IMG/VR virus record: IMGVR_UViG_3300037721_000031
Location: 192,001-256,000 of that record
Origin: a virus
Lineage: Duplodnaviria > Caudoviricetes
Direction: 5' to 3' (one strand)
DNA length: 64,000 nucleotides
Each line of letters opens with the position of its first letter. The stretch's first letter is position 1. Below the pieces are notes generated by a model that was not told where the DNA came from, did not search any database, and saw only the letters and a list, made by a program, of their open reading frames with translations. Made by a program: the position numbers and the translations under genes. Positions 1 to 8,294 of this stretch are shown in pieces.

Positions 1-313
1 CTTGACGTATGTAGTGCTGACCTGAGAAACAGAAACTAGTGCAATAGTTACCATTAATGAAGCTAAACGGAATCAGTGTCTCCAACTTAAATAACTTATC
101 GTTTTCATCACGGAAGACTACTGCTGTGATTTTAGAATCACGCATCATATTTTCAACTACATCATCAGCAGGCAGTGTGTCAGACACTGCTTTTGATATA
201 TCAACATTACTAAACGGGAACTGCTGAAGAGTATCGATAGAATCATATCCCTTTAACGGACGTAAAGGTTTTTGGTATACTGAAACCTCGGAAGTATAAT
301 TTACCAGAGTCAT
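1..313 (-). CDS. Hypothetical protein, runs off window edge (MTLVNYTSEV...)
   Basis: Hand translation: ATG at 313, open to position 1; continues the minus-strand gene run. Confidence 0.7.
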   Translation of the reverse strand, partial: MTLVNYTSEVSVYQKPLRPLKGYDSIDTLQQFPFSNVDISKAVSDTLPADDVVENMMRDSKITAVVFRDENDKLFKLETLIPFSFINGNYCTSFCFSGQHYIRQ

Positions 314-321
314 GATTAGGT

Positions 322-558
322 TTAAAATTTAATATCGGTAGATTTCAACGTTAATTTAACGGTCTTCAAAAAGGAAGAAGTAGCTAGTTCATCCGTTTGA
401 TCTTTCTTCACTTTTCGAATTAATGCCGATATAGCTCTCTTAGCACCTAAATACTCTGGAACCATACTGTAAGAGGGTCTTTCCGAATCACTGGCTAGTT
501 CTATAGCGTCTTCAGTTTCTTCTAAGGCTTCTTCAAGGTATTCTAATGTTGTTTTCAT
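322..558 (-). CDS. Hypothetical protein
   Basis: ORF fills slot in packed co-directional run; no motif recognised. Confidence 0.65.
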   Translation of the reverse strand: MKTTLEYLEEALEETEDAIELASDSERPSYSMVPEYLGAKRAISALIRKVKKDQTDELATSSFLKTVKLTLKSTDIKF

Positions 559-577
559 ACATACTCCAATATTACAT

Positions 578-904
578 TCAGAAACAAGCTCTCCTTATAC
601 GATCATCATCATAGTCTGAGATCATTGCGAGCAGTTTCTGTTTCTTAAGCAATACGACAGAGACTACTATTGTACTTACAGAGAGTATAAGACATAAAAC
701 TTTAATATCACATGTAAAAGCTACAGTAATATTAACGATAATTGCTAGTGCGAAAATGCATTGACGTACAAAGTTAATAGTAAATAATGCATCTTGGAAC
801 AGCTGAAAATTCGCCTCATGCTCAATCGATGGAGATAGATTCTCTTTAGGGAGAACATGCCAGTAATAAACATGTTTCAATAGAGGAAGATTATAAAGTT
901 TCAT
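578..904 (-). CDS. Hypothetical membrane protein (2 TM)
   Basis: Two hydrophobic stretches (CIFALAIIVNITVAF; VLCLILSVSTIVVSVVLL) followed by KKQK. Confidence 0.65.
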   Translation of the reverse strand: MKLYNLPLLKHVYYWHVLPKENLSPSIEHEANFQLFQDALFTINFVRQCIFALAIIVNITVAFTCDIKVLCLILSVSTIVVSVVLLKKQKLLAMISDYDDDRIRRACF

Positions 905-921
905 GAGATCTCTTTAATTAA

Positions 922-1467
922 TTACCAATAATCTCTAGAACACATTGTATCCGAAAATTCTTCTACATCTCTTGGAAGAATAAGAAGCAGACTGTAGTCA
1001 GGCAAGATAGTCTCGTAAAGATACGGCATCCATCTATCTTGAATATAGCAGCCATTAGCTTTCAAGATATCAGATATGTCTAAACTAGCTTGCTCTAGTC
1101 CTATCATCTTGTCTAGATAAGCTACTCGATTCTTTGGACCTCTTACACCCATTGAGAGCCCATCATAAATCTCTCCAGCTATTCTGGATATCTTAATGCT
1201 AGATGTAATTTTGTCTGACAAAGCATTGAGTATCTTAGAAACTACTAATTCGCTATCTGATCCGAATATGAGAGATATTTGCTTGATAGGAACACTAGTA
1301 GGAATGATTACCTTGGACGGAAGTGATTGAATATATGCCTGATACAAACTGTATCTACTTTCAAGATTATCGGATAGCTCAATATCAGGCAACTCATATC
1401 CAGCATTACAGATATCGCTATTTACTCTAAATGGCCAGGGTTGTGACGAGTCATGAGTTGGATACAT
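922..1467 (-). CDS. Hypothetical protein
   Basis: 181-aa ORF in packed run. Confidence 0.7.
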   Translation of the reverse strand: MYPTHDSSQPWPFRVNSDICNAGYELPDIELSDNLESRYSLYQAYIQSLPSKVIIPTSVPIKQISLIFGSDSELVVSKILNALSDKITSSIKISRIAGEIYDGLSMGVRGPKNRVAYLDKMIGLEQASLDISDILKANGCYIQDRWMPYLYETILPDYSLLLILPRDVEEFSDTMCSRDYW

Positions 1468-1732
1468 TCTTCTCTGGCTCCTTTACATCTGTTACAAGTG
1501 ACCATCCGTATGGGCTAGAATCTGTATAACAATCGTACCTCATGAATACACGACCATCTTGTACTTCCACATACTCTTTTCCAGATGTACGTAAGTTATC
1601 AGAAGGCTCATGCCAGTATTTAACTACAAGAGAATTGATGAATTGGGGATAATTCTTTCTACTTCCTGTTGAAGTCGGTAGAAAATTATCTACAGCAATA
1701 GTCTTACCAATGTGACTAAATAGACTAAGCAT
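1451..1732 (-). CDS. Hypothetical protein
   Basis: 93-aa ORF in packed run. Confidence 0.65.
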   Translation of the reverse strand: MLSLFSHIGKTIAVDNFLPTSTGSRKNYPQFINSLVVKYWHEPSDNLRTSGKEYVEVQDGRVFMRYDCYTDSSPYGWSLVTDVKEPEKNVSNS

Positions 1733-1796
1733 TTTATTCCCTCAACAATAGGTTATCTGAACGTAGGCTTTTCTACACTACTTTATTAAAGCCAGA

Positions 1797-2306
1797 TTAA
1801 TTCATTGTAGGAAAAACGTCGACTCTTATCAATTTGAAATCACTAACGTAACCAGCACTATCTGAGCTCCCGACACCGTATGCTCTGAAGTCTGCTAGAC
1901 CGAGCCTGACGAGTTCAGTAAGAACACCGCCCGTTGGACTTGGTAGAATTTCAATATCACAAACCAACAGCTCGCCAGAAATACGCAAGTTACTGGCAAT
2001 GTGTGATGATTCTGAGATAGGTGGTTCTGTCCAACTAACTTTACCACTTTCAGACAGATAGTCGTCAACCACTAAACGACCTCGGATTTTCTTTCCACGC
2101 CAAGCAGTCACAACTTTCTGAATTTCGGCTGTACTATAGGTTCTTCCGCTACCCATTGGTTTATCAAGCTCAATAAGAATTGCACCAATAATACATGTTG
2201 GACTAGGACAACTTCGCATGTTTGCTGCCGGTACAGCATTAGCCAATCCTACCGACATCATGATAGCCATTACAGCAATAGCGGTATTTCGAATAAAATT
2301 AAGCAT
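1797..2306 (-). CDS. T4 gp21-like (peptidase S77) prohead-protease-fold protein, probably inactive, with signal-peptide-like N-terminus
   Basis: GRTYS..EIQKVV, SSHIASNLRISG...IEILPSPTGGVL..LV..G, FRAYGVGS and DFKLIRVD match the gp21 pattern; catalytic GELxHP His and SSRG Ser are absent. Confidence 0.6.
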   Translation of the reverse strand: MLNFIRNTAIAVMAIMMSVGLANAVPAANMRSCPSPTCIIGAILIELDKPMGSGRTYSTAEIQKVVTAWRGKKIRGRLVVDDYLSESGKVSWTEPPISESSHIASNLRISGELLVCDIEILPSPTGGVLTELVRLGLADFRAYGVGSSDSAGYVSDFKLIRVDVFPTMN

Positions 2307-2366
2307 TTAATTTCCTTTTCAAATAACAAATAAGAGGTCTGTCTATTATAAATGTAAAGCTGTTTT

Positions 2367-3122
2367 CTAGCTCTTGGATGACACTAGAGTACGAACTAAT
2401 GACAAACAACTAATTGTAGACAAGATATAACCTAGGTTTACATCATCTATAAAAGGAAGTGTCTTCATTAATACATCTTTAGTCATCATTGCCATTACGC
2501 TACTCAGCTCAGAAGTAGACACTAAGCAAATAACTAAAGCGACATGCTGCCCTGTCATAAGTGAAAAAGTTTCCACCAGCCTATTACTACTCGTTAAGCA
2601 CGAAACAATCAAACTAACTCTGCGAGTTTTATCTTGTAATGCAATATCTGTAGTAGCGGCAGTAACTAACATCCGAACTAACAATACATCATTAGCCTTG
2701 GTTATAATGGATGTTAGTGTCGGCTTATTCAATATACTAAGCATTCGTATAAGTATATTAGCGTTACGATCTCTTAAGATAGTCGGTAACGCCTGATCTA
2801 GTGTCTCTGTATTTTTAAATGATAAGATATTTTCAAAGATTTCGTCATTCATCAAATAAAGTAAATCGACCAATCTTTCCGGGCTTACACATTGGAGTAC
2901 CTTAAAACACACGTTGTCTCTAAGAACGCTAAGAGCTGTAACAATGCCGGCATCACTAGTCTCGTTAACGATCTTAAGAAGACTCTCGTCTGTAGCGCTC
3001 CGTAGTCTATCGACCTCGTTTAAATATCTTAGCTTTGAGATATCGGGCGTAGAAGTTATTGACACAACGTTTCCTTTAGAAGTTAAGTGAATCGCGTTAG
3101 CAAAGATTAGATCGTCCACCAT
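2367..3122 (-). CDS. Helical 12-residue repeat protein resembling MgtE N-terminal domain
   Basis: Strong ~12-aa periodicity (LRSATDESLLKI/VNETSDAGIVTA/LSVLRDNVCFKV/LQCVSPERLVDL/LYLMNDEIFENI); no CBS or transporter domain. Confidence 0.55.
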   Translation of the reverse strand: MVDDLIFANAIHLTSKGNVVSITSTPDISKLRYLNEVDRLRSATDESLLKIVNETSDAGIVTALSVLRDNVCFKVLQCVSPERLVDLLYLMNDEIFENILSFKNTETLDQALPTILRDRNANILIRMLSILNKPTLTSIITKANDVLLVRMLVTAATTDIALQDKTRRVSLIVSCLTSSNRLVETFSLMTGQHVALVICLVSTSELSSVMAMMTKDVLMKTLPFIDDVNLGYILSTISCLSLVRTLVSSKS

Positions 3123-3451
3123 TCAATAATAAATTCATCTGATAGTTCTTTTACACCAGTACGCAGACCTATAAGCGCTACATCCTTTGGTTGTAATTTG
3201 AAATCAGCGCCACCAGTTTGCAGAGGAATGCGAAGAATATCACTGTAAACAGCAGCTACATCAACATCGCTAATAGTGGATACTCTGTTATCGCTATAGC
3301 TAACGAGCTTACGAGCTTGTTCGGAAGTAATAGGAACAGGTACGCGCGTACTGCGCACTATTGTGTCATCCCAATGCCCTGATCTAGGAGCATGCTGAGT
3401 ATCTCTATTAATAGCTGACAGATTAAACTGATCACACACGTAAATCGTCAT
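3107..3451 (-). CDS. DUF1874 / STIV B116 / AcrIII-1-like protein, divergent active site
   Basis: IYVCDQFNLSAI, ITSEQARKLV, VSTISDVDVAAVYSDILRIPL, KLQPKDVALIG, IEWWTI follow the family pattern; GH motif reads SD. Confidence 0.7.
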   Translation of the reverse strand: MTIYVCDQFNLSAINRDTQHAPRSGHWDDTIVRSTRVPVPITSEQARKLVSYSDNRVSTISDVDVAAVYSDILRIPLQTGGADFKLQPKDVALIGLRTGVKELSDEFIIEWWTI

Positions 3452-3488
3452 GACAATTCCTTATTAAAAATAAACTATAGCTAGTTTA

Positions 3489-3683
3489 CTACTTTACTTT
3501 ATTTAAAGCTTTTTCTAAACGATCTTTTATGCCGTGAATATTATCAGGGTCATACCAGGAACCTTGGAGCCAGAGCATAGGGGATGATTCCGCTAGACGC
3601 TTTATAAGGTCAAGAGACTCACTAGCAGCATTCTCTAATTCAATTTGCTCGGCTGTCTTAACAGTATTATTACCAGTACTCAT
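3489..3683 (-). CDS. Hypothetical protein
   Basis: 64-aa ORF in packed run. Confidence 0.6.
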   Translation of the reverse strand: MSTGNNTVKTAEQIELENAASESLDLIKRLAESSPMLWLQGSWYDPDNIHGIKDRLEKALNKVK

Positions 3684-3715
3684 TTGTGTAATGTATGTTT
3701 ATAAAAAGCTAAATA

Positions 3716-3985
3716 TCAGATAGCTGTTTGAGTGTTAAAATTATGTTCTTTAGCTGTACGCCAAGTCTTGATGTTAGCCATGGCGAAACTACGTACCTTA
3801 CCGCTCTTAAAATCATAAGCACTAAGCAACCATTGTTCTTCTGGGAACTCTTTCGTTTTAGTAAACTGCATAGGAGGGTATGCAGATACTGGTACAACAT
3901 TATGCCAGGTCCGAGTACCATCACCTGATATATAGTCGATCCAAATTGATGTCTTAACAATAGCTTCCAAAGATTCAGTACACAT
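3716..3985 (-). CDS. Stand-alone WYL-domain protein
   Basis: IWIDYISGDG.RT..NVVP ... QWLLSAYD....VRSFAMANI is the WYL signature. Confidence 0.75.
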   Translation of the reverse strand: MCTESLEAIVKTSIWIDYISGDGTRTWHNVVPVSAYPPMQFTKTKEFPEEQWLLSAYDFKSGKVRSFAMANIKTWRTAKEHNFNTQTAI

Positions 3986-4022
3986 GGCTTATACCAATTC
4001 AAAAATAAAAGTTATGTAAACT

Positions 4023-4060
4023 ATTCAGTAGACTAGCCCTTTTAGGCTAGTCTACTGAAT
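4023..4060. terminator. Hairpin terminator, 16-bp stem
   Basis: attcagtagactagcc-ctttta-ggctagtctactgaat, intergenic. Confidence 0.75.
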
Positions 4061-4105
4061 TACGTTTTATGTCGAAGCGACGAAATCGTATTCTTTTAGA
4101 TTTCA

Positions 4106-4705
4106 TCAACCACGGCTAGTGATACCGTCACCACGTACTCGAACGTACTTTGAGATGAACTCTTCAATACCGCCTACGCGTTGACTCAAGTTTGGTGATT
4201 TATGAGCTATGGCTTGATTACAGTAGTGAAGGATGCTTTTCACAATCTTGTCGTCTTGAAGTAGAAGACTTTTTGCCATTCCATCTGCTTGCTGATAAAG
4301 CTCTCGCAACTCTGTCGGAGTAAACTCAGACTCATCAACTGCTTTCTGCAAAGAGATAAGAGTAGGCATGAACAACGCACTCTTCATCATTGGAAAAGGA
4401 AGTTCCTCTACACCAAGTTCCTGACATAGTAACAAGTAAACTTGATTGTACTTGACAGATGCTTCACGAATAGCGTTAACCATCCGCGTAGTTCCGCCAT
4501 CCGCTGAAGAGAAGTACCCTGGCTTACTTGGGTTATATCCCTTCATACGCATCTGAATGACTTCGCTGCATTCATTGAACAACTGATCAGTTTGGTCACA
4601 CCAGTCTTTATAAGCTTTCTCTGCTTCTTCAGTAGAGTTATTCATTAACTCAAGAACTTTTTGAGCAAAAGGTTTCATCTGTTCTACGAATTGCTTGGGT
4701 TTCAT
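4106..4705 (-). CDS. Hypothetical alpha-helical protein
   Basis: 199-aa ORF with AGGAAG upstream. Confidence 0.75.
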   Translation of the reverse strand: MKPKQFVEQMKPFAQKVLELMNNSTEEAEKAYKDWCDQTDQLFNECSEVIQMRMKGYNPSKPGYFSSADGGTTRMVNAIREASVKYNQVYLLLCQELGVEELPFPMMKSALFMPTLISLQKAVDESEFTPTELRELYQQADGMAKSLLLQDDKIVKSILHYCNQAIAHKSPNLSQRVGGIEEFISKYVRVRGDGITSRG

Positions 4706-4736
4706 GTGGGCTTCCTTTCTACAAGAATTAACTAAT

Positions 4737-5492
4737 TCACAGGTAGATAAACTGCAATGACTCAGTGTTAATTACCTGCATTACCTTGTCGATATCGAAC
4801 TGATCGTCAGTACGAATACTACTTTCCATGTCAATAACGTAAGGAGACCGTTGATTTGCATCTGTGAACCGCTTGTAAGTATCTGAAATGTTATCTGCAT
4901 TAATGCCTCCAGCGATCCTAATACGATAATCTTTCAGACGCTCAGGAACCTTCCAGTCATTCCTAGTTATACCTTTTCCACGACTCTCGTCCAGGAGAAT
5001 TTGAATTCTATTATGAACATCGCCAGGACCATATTTCTTTTCTGATTTATCAAGATATGAAAATATGTCTTTCTCAGACTTAGAGTGAAGTTGAAGTACT
5101 GTCTTACTTTCATAGCGGTCATAGCACACCCTATCGTAGATGCTATGGACATCATTCGTATCGAATACTCTACTGCGAGCATTGATATTTAATTGAATGC
5201 ATGGGAATGTCTTCAACTCTTCAAGAATTATCGATGTACTATGGTGGTCTGTTTCCAGAATTGAATTGAAGATACTTTTACCACACAAATGCGCTGTACT
5301 GTAAAATTGTCTTACAACTTCTAGGCGTTTGAAATATCCTGGATTACGAGGCATACCTTGTTTCTCAGGGAAGAATAGTACTCCGAAGTCAAGCTCTATA
5401 CAACCGCCACTATTTCGGTATTTAGAGATTTCTCTGATAAGGCGATCTACATCAGTTGAATCATCAATACCTGTGAAACTAAGTATAGTCAT
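4737..5492 (-). CDS. TrpF (PRAI)-like TIM-barrel protein
   Basis: N-terminal FTGIDD; C-terminal ILLDESRGKG, IAGGINADNI, VIDMESSIRTDDQFDIDKV resemble the TrpF phosphate-binding half. Confidence 0.65.
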   Translation of the reverse strand: MTILSFTGIDDSTDVDRLIREISKYRNSGGCIELDFGVLFFPEKQGMPRNPGYFKRLEVVRQFYSTAHLCGKSIFNSILETDHHSTSIILEELKTFPCIQLNINARSRVFDTNDVHSIYDRVCYDRYESKTVLQLHSKSEKDIFSYLDKSEKKYGPGDVHNRIQILLDESRGKGITRNDWKVPERLKDYRIRIAGGINADNISDTYKRFTDANQRSPYVIDMESSIRTDDQFDIDKVMQVINTESLQFIYL

Positions 5493-5563
5493 CCGTTTAC
5501 CTCTTTAAGTGTTTACAACTAGGAGTTTAATTAATAAAACAAAGCTTTTGCTTTAAATATGTA

Positions 5564-5590
5564 TCTCAGTATGGTAATATGTGTCTGAGA
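5564..5590 (-). promoter_or_regulatory. Early-promoter-like motif copy 1
   Basis: Minus strand TCTCAG-ACACATATTACCATA-CTGAGA; contains ATATTAC as in the phiKZ early promoter TATATTAC; head of an operon, just after a terminator. Confidence 0.65.
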
Positions 5591-5620
5591 AAATTCTGAT
5601 TCAGTAAAAAAAAAACATAT

Positions 5621-5659
5621 AGTAGATAGATGGGTCTCTGTGAGACCCATCTATCTACT
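5621..5659 (-). terminator. Intrinsic terminator, 18-bp stem plus poly-U
   Basis: agtagatagatgggtctc-tgt-gagacccatctatctact with an A10 tract at 5606-5615. Confidence 0.85.
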
Positions 5660-5708
5660 CATCATCAAGTGAATTACTTCACGTAGTGTAGATAACCGAA
5701 ATCATCCA

Positions 5709-6476
5709 TTATATTTTAGAAAATGCTTTCTCAATAGACCAGTTATACGAATATAATCTAGCATGAAGTTTACTGTACGGGATACCTAAATATTCAGACC
5801 ATTCTTTCAAAGACTTTGTCATTCCATTGAAAGTAATTGATTCACGATTCACCTTTCCTGAGTCATACTCGACAGCTTGTTCTATTGTTAAATTCATTTC
5901 TCTAACACGCTTCTCAAGAGTCCACTTATTAATATCCGTTCTTCTACTAATCTCTGGTATTGTCAATTGTTCACCTTGATATTCATAGCGAACATTGTTT
6001 CTTTTATTATTGGATTGTTCTGTGGGTGTAGCCCACCGACAGTTGTCTTTATTATAATTACCATTGACTTCTCCGCGATCTAGAGAATACCCAGGACCAG
6101 GTTTAGGTCCCATGTCTCTATAAAAAGCTTCGAACGAATTCATCCATTCATCACAGACAGTAATTCCTCTGCCACCGTAGTCAGGGTAGTCTTGATTATT
6201 CTCATTGGTGCATCTGCTTTTCATAGACTGCCAAGAATTATACTCTTGACTACCAAACATACCGTGTGTTTTAGGGCTATTACTAGAAGCTACTTCTTTT
6301 TGTAAACATCCGCAGCTCTTAGTACTACCATTGTTTAAGCTAGCGGTAATTACAACAGTTAGATTACCGCATTCACATCGACAATTCCATCTAGTTTTAC
6401 CAGATAAGCTTTTAACTGGATCCTCAGAAACCACTGCCAGTCTACCAAACACTTTTCCTGTTAAATCTATCTTCAT
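5709..6476 (-). mobile_element. Free-standing HNH homing endonuclease
   Basis: DLTGKVFGRL..CRCECG..TKSCGC; SWQSMKSRC; YGGRGITVCDEW; LDR...GNY...NCRWAT; two C-terminal HTH-like repeats. Confidence 0.9.
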
Positions 6477-6539
6477 AATTTAATCCTGATATCTTTTTAA
6501 TGTAATAATAGTTTTAATGTAATATCATCTTGACATCAT

Positions 6540-6668
6540 TCACTTGTGTTCATCACTCACCCAGTGACGACGATCTTCTGATCGGACGAGTGTTGCGCTG
6601 GCATAGCGTGAATATCCTTGTCCTGATGGAAGATGCCATTCCTCTACATAGTTAAATGGCTGTTCCAT
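6540..6668 (-). CDS. Small hypothetical protein (42 aa, MEQPFNYVEEW...)
   Basis: Hand translation below track cutoff; purine-rich upstream. Confidence 0.45.
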   Translation of the reverse strand: MEQPFNYVEEWHLPSGQGYSRYASATLVRSEDRRHWVSDEHK

Positions 6669-6714
6669 GATAAGGCCCTTTCTTTCTAAAAGAGAGTTGA
6701 TGGATAGTTCTTAA

Positions 6715-6942
6715 CTAGGCGGCCAGACAATAGAGCGGCATTATTTCGTGTTTCCACTCCTGCTCATTGAACTCACGGAACATCATGCGGCTACGATCTC
6801 TTTCACTACTTTTCTTTTTATCCGCAAAGAGCTCAACTTCATAGTCCTTTAAGCCAGAAGGAATTTCAGTTACGGAAGAGACTACCCAATCGGTACCAGG
6901 TAACATCTTGCGAGATACAATAACAACTTTCTTATCAGACAT
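6715..6942 (-). CDS. Hypothetical protein
   Basis: 75-aa ORF in packed run. Confidence 0.65.
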   Translation of the reverse strand: MSDKKVVIVSRKMLPGTDWVVSSVTEIPSGLKDYEVELFADKKKSSERDRSRMMFREFNEQEWKHEIMPLYCLAA

Positions 6943-6957
6943 GATGCCTTCTTTCTG

Positions 6958-7200
6958 TCAAAAGTAAATGATTAGCTCGTTCTTAGCCGGAGTTTGCTCT
7001 GCAGGATCTTCAGGTAGCGGCATCAAGTGCTCCGGAAGAAAGAACAGCGGATTGCCATTCAGAGACTGGTACTCAGAAAGTTGTCTAAGCACACACATCA
7101 TGCCATTCACTCGTTGAGCCACCACAGCGTTGCATTGAGTACCCACTCTTCCAATCAGGTGAGTTGTCTTATTACCACCAATAATCAACCATTTCCGCAT
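6958..7200 (-). CDS. Hypothetical protein
   Basis: 80-aa ORF, GGAG upstream. Confidence 0.65.
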   Translation of the reverse strand: MRKWLIIGGNKTTHLIGRVGTQCNAVVAQRVNGMMCVLRQLSEYQSLNGNPLFFLPEHLMPLPEDPAEQTPAKNELIIYF

Positions 7201-7237
7201 GGATTTTCTCCAAAGAAGGAAGTTTCAAGACCAGATG

Positions 7238-7723
7238 TTAATGAGAATGAAAATGACTGTGGACTTCTTGGACAATCTCTTCGTATATTGTCCATTCGTT
7301 AAGGAGATCTTCTCTGTCAAATCCAGCTTCAGGCTTGCACTTACCGGCACCTTCAGGCGAAGGAACCAAAGCACGACATTCCCTCGGACGTTCATCGGAT
7401 GACAGAGTACAACCAGTTTCACCAAGGTTGATACACTGACCGTAGTTAAACGGCTGGTACCAGTTCTTAGTACGGTTGCCTGCGCGCGGAACCAAGGATT
7501 CCACCCTGATAGAGTATACGCCTCTCTGGTCGGTAATCTCATTGTCAGTGAAGACAATTGTTCCGCTTTCGAGCATGGAGATCATCTTGTTCTTGATCTC
7601 CACATCAGACATGTTCGAGAACAGATCGTCCGGGTGGTAGATACCCGGCATGCCCTTGCAACATTGGCCTCCGCAAGGAGTACACACTGAAGCATTTTCA
7701 TTTGCAATGTTAATGACTTTCAT
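7238..7723 (-). CDS. YkgJ-family CxxCxxCC cysteine-cluster protein
   Basis: CTPCGGQCC ... CINLGETGCTL..DERPRECR. Confidence 0.75.
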   Translation of the reverse strand: MKVINIANENASVCTPCGGQCCKGMPGIYHPDDLFSNMSDVEIKNKMISMLESGTIVFTDNEITDQRGVYSIRVESLVPRAGNRTKNWYQPFNYGQCINLGETGCTLSSDERPRECRALVPSPEGAGKCKPEAGFDREDLLNEWTIYEEIVQEVHSHFHSH

Positions 7724-7759
7724 ACGCTATCCTCACGGGTTGATTGTTGAACAATGAAT

Positions 7760-8221
7760 TTACTGTCTATTTTTCGGTCCAAGGATGATGACTTGCTTAC
7801 CTTTAAGCCACTTCTCCATTTGGATGACACTGACTTGCTCGATGTTGGACCTGAGTGTGTTCTTAGTCTTATACTCACCACTCATGTTGTTGAATTGATT
7901 ATTCACCTTTACCCAACCATCCCTCTGATCAAACCTGATTGTATAAACATAGGTTTGGAGCTTCAGTAGATCTTCAATAGTTGGTAGTTGACCTTCACTA
8001 ACTGTGATCCGAATAACATCGCCATGATGCTGAAATCGATCGAGTAAATAACTCTGCTCCACAGTAGAAGCTAAAGACATACCTATCGCAGCTTCCTTAG
8101 ATACTGTTGCGTACAGATATTCATTCGATTCAGTCTCATCCCAGTTAATCGTCTTACCTACTCTTTTATAACCGGGTTTAAGTTCAGTGTGATTGTATTT
8201 AGAGCCGTGATGTAATTTCAT
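7760..8221 (-). CDS. ADP-ribosyltransferase-like protein (Arr/H-Y-E class), paralogue A
   Basis: LHHGS, YLYAT, YVYTI, GEYKT; paralogue of 22590..23072. Confidence 0.6.
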   Translation of the reverse strand: MKLHHGSKYNHTELKPGYKRVGKTINWDETESNEYLYATVSKEAAIGMSLASTVEQSYLLDRFQHHGDVIRITVSEGQLPTIEDLLKLQTYVYTIRFDQRDGWVKVNNQFNNMSGEYKTKNTLRSNIEQVSVIQMEKWLKGKQVIILGPKNRQ

Positions 8222-8294
8222 AAACCCCTCTAATTTGATTTAAAAGAATAAGCTTTGTATTGCAGGCTATATTACTAACCTGCAAGGTGAAAAC

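Noticed and set aside
2367-3122. Calling the gene mgtE
   Set aside because: No CBS pair or membrane transporter domain
3688-3707. Seventh promoter copy (minus TTTTTATAAACATACATTAC)
   Set aside because: Lacks both TCAR and YTGA arms and lies only 4 nt from the ATG; too weak to call
4737-5492. Calling the gene trpF
   Set aside because: Only the C-terminal half resembles TrpF and there is no trp pathway context
7225-7557. Alternative minus-frame ORFs (also 3709..4002, 4967..5182, 27869..28099, 50258..50677)
   Set aside because: Nested in genes with recognisable domains or better starts
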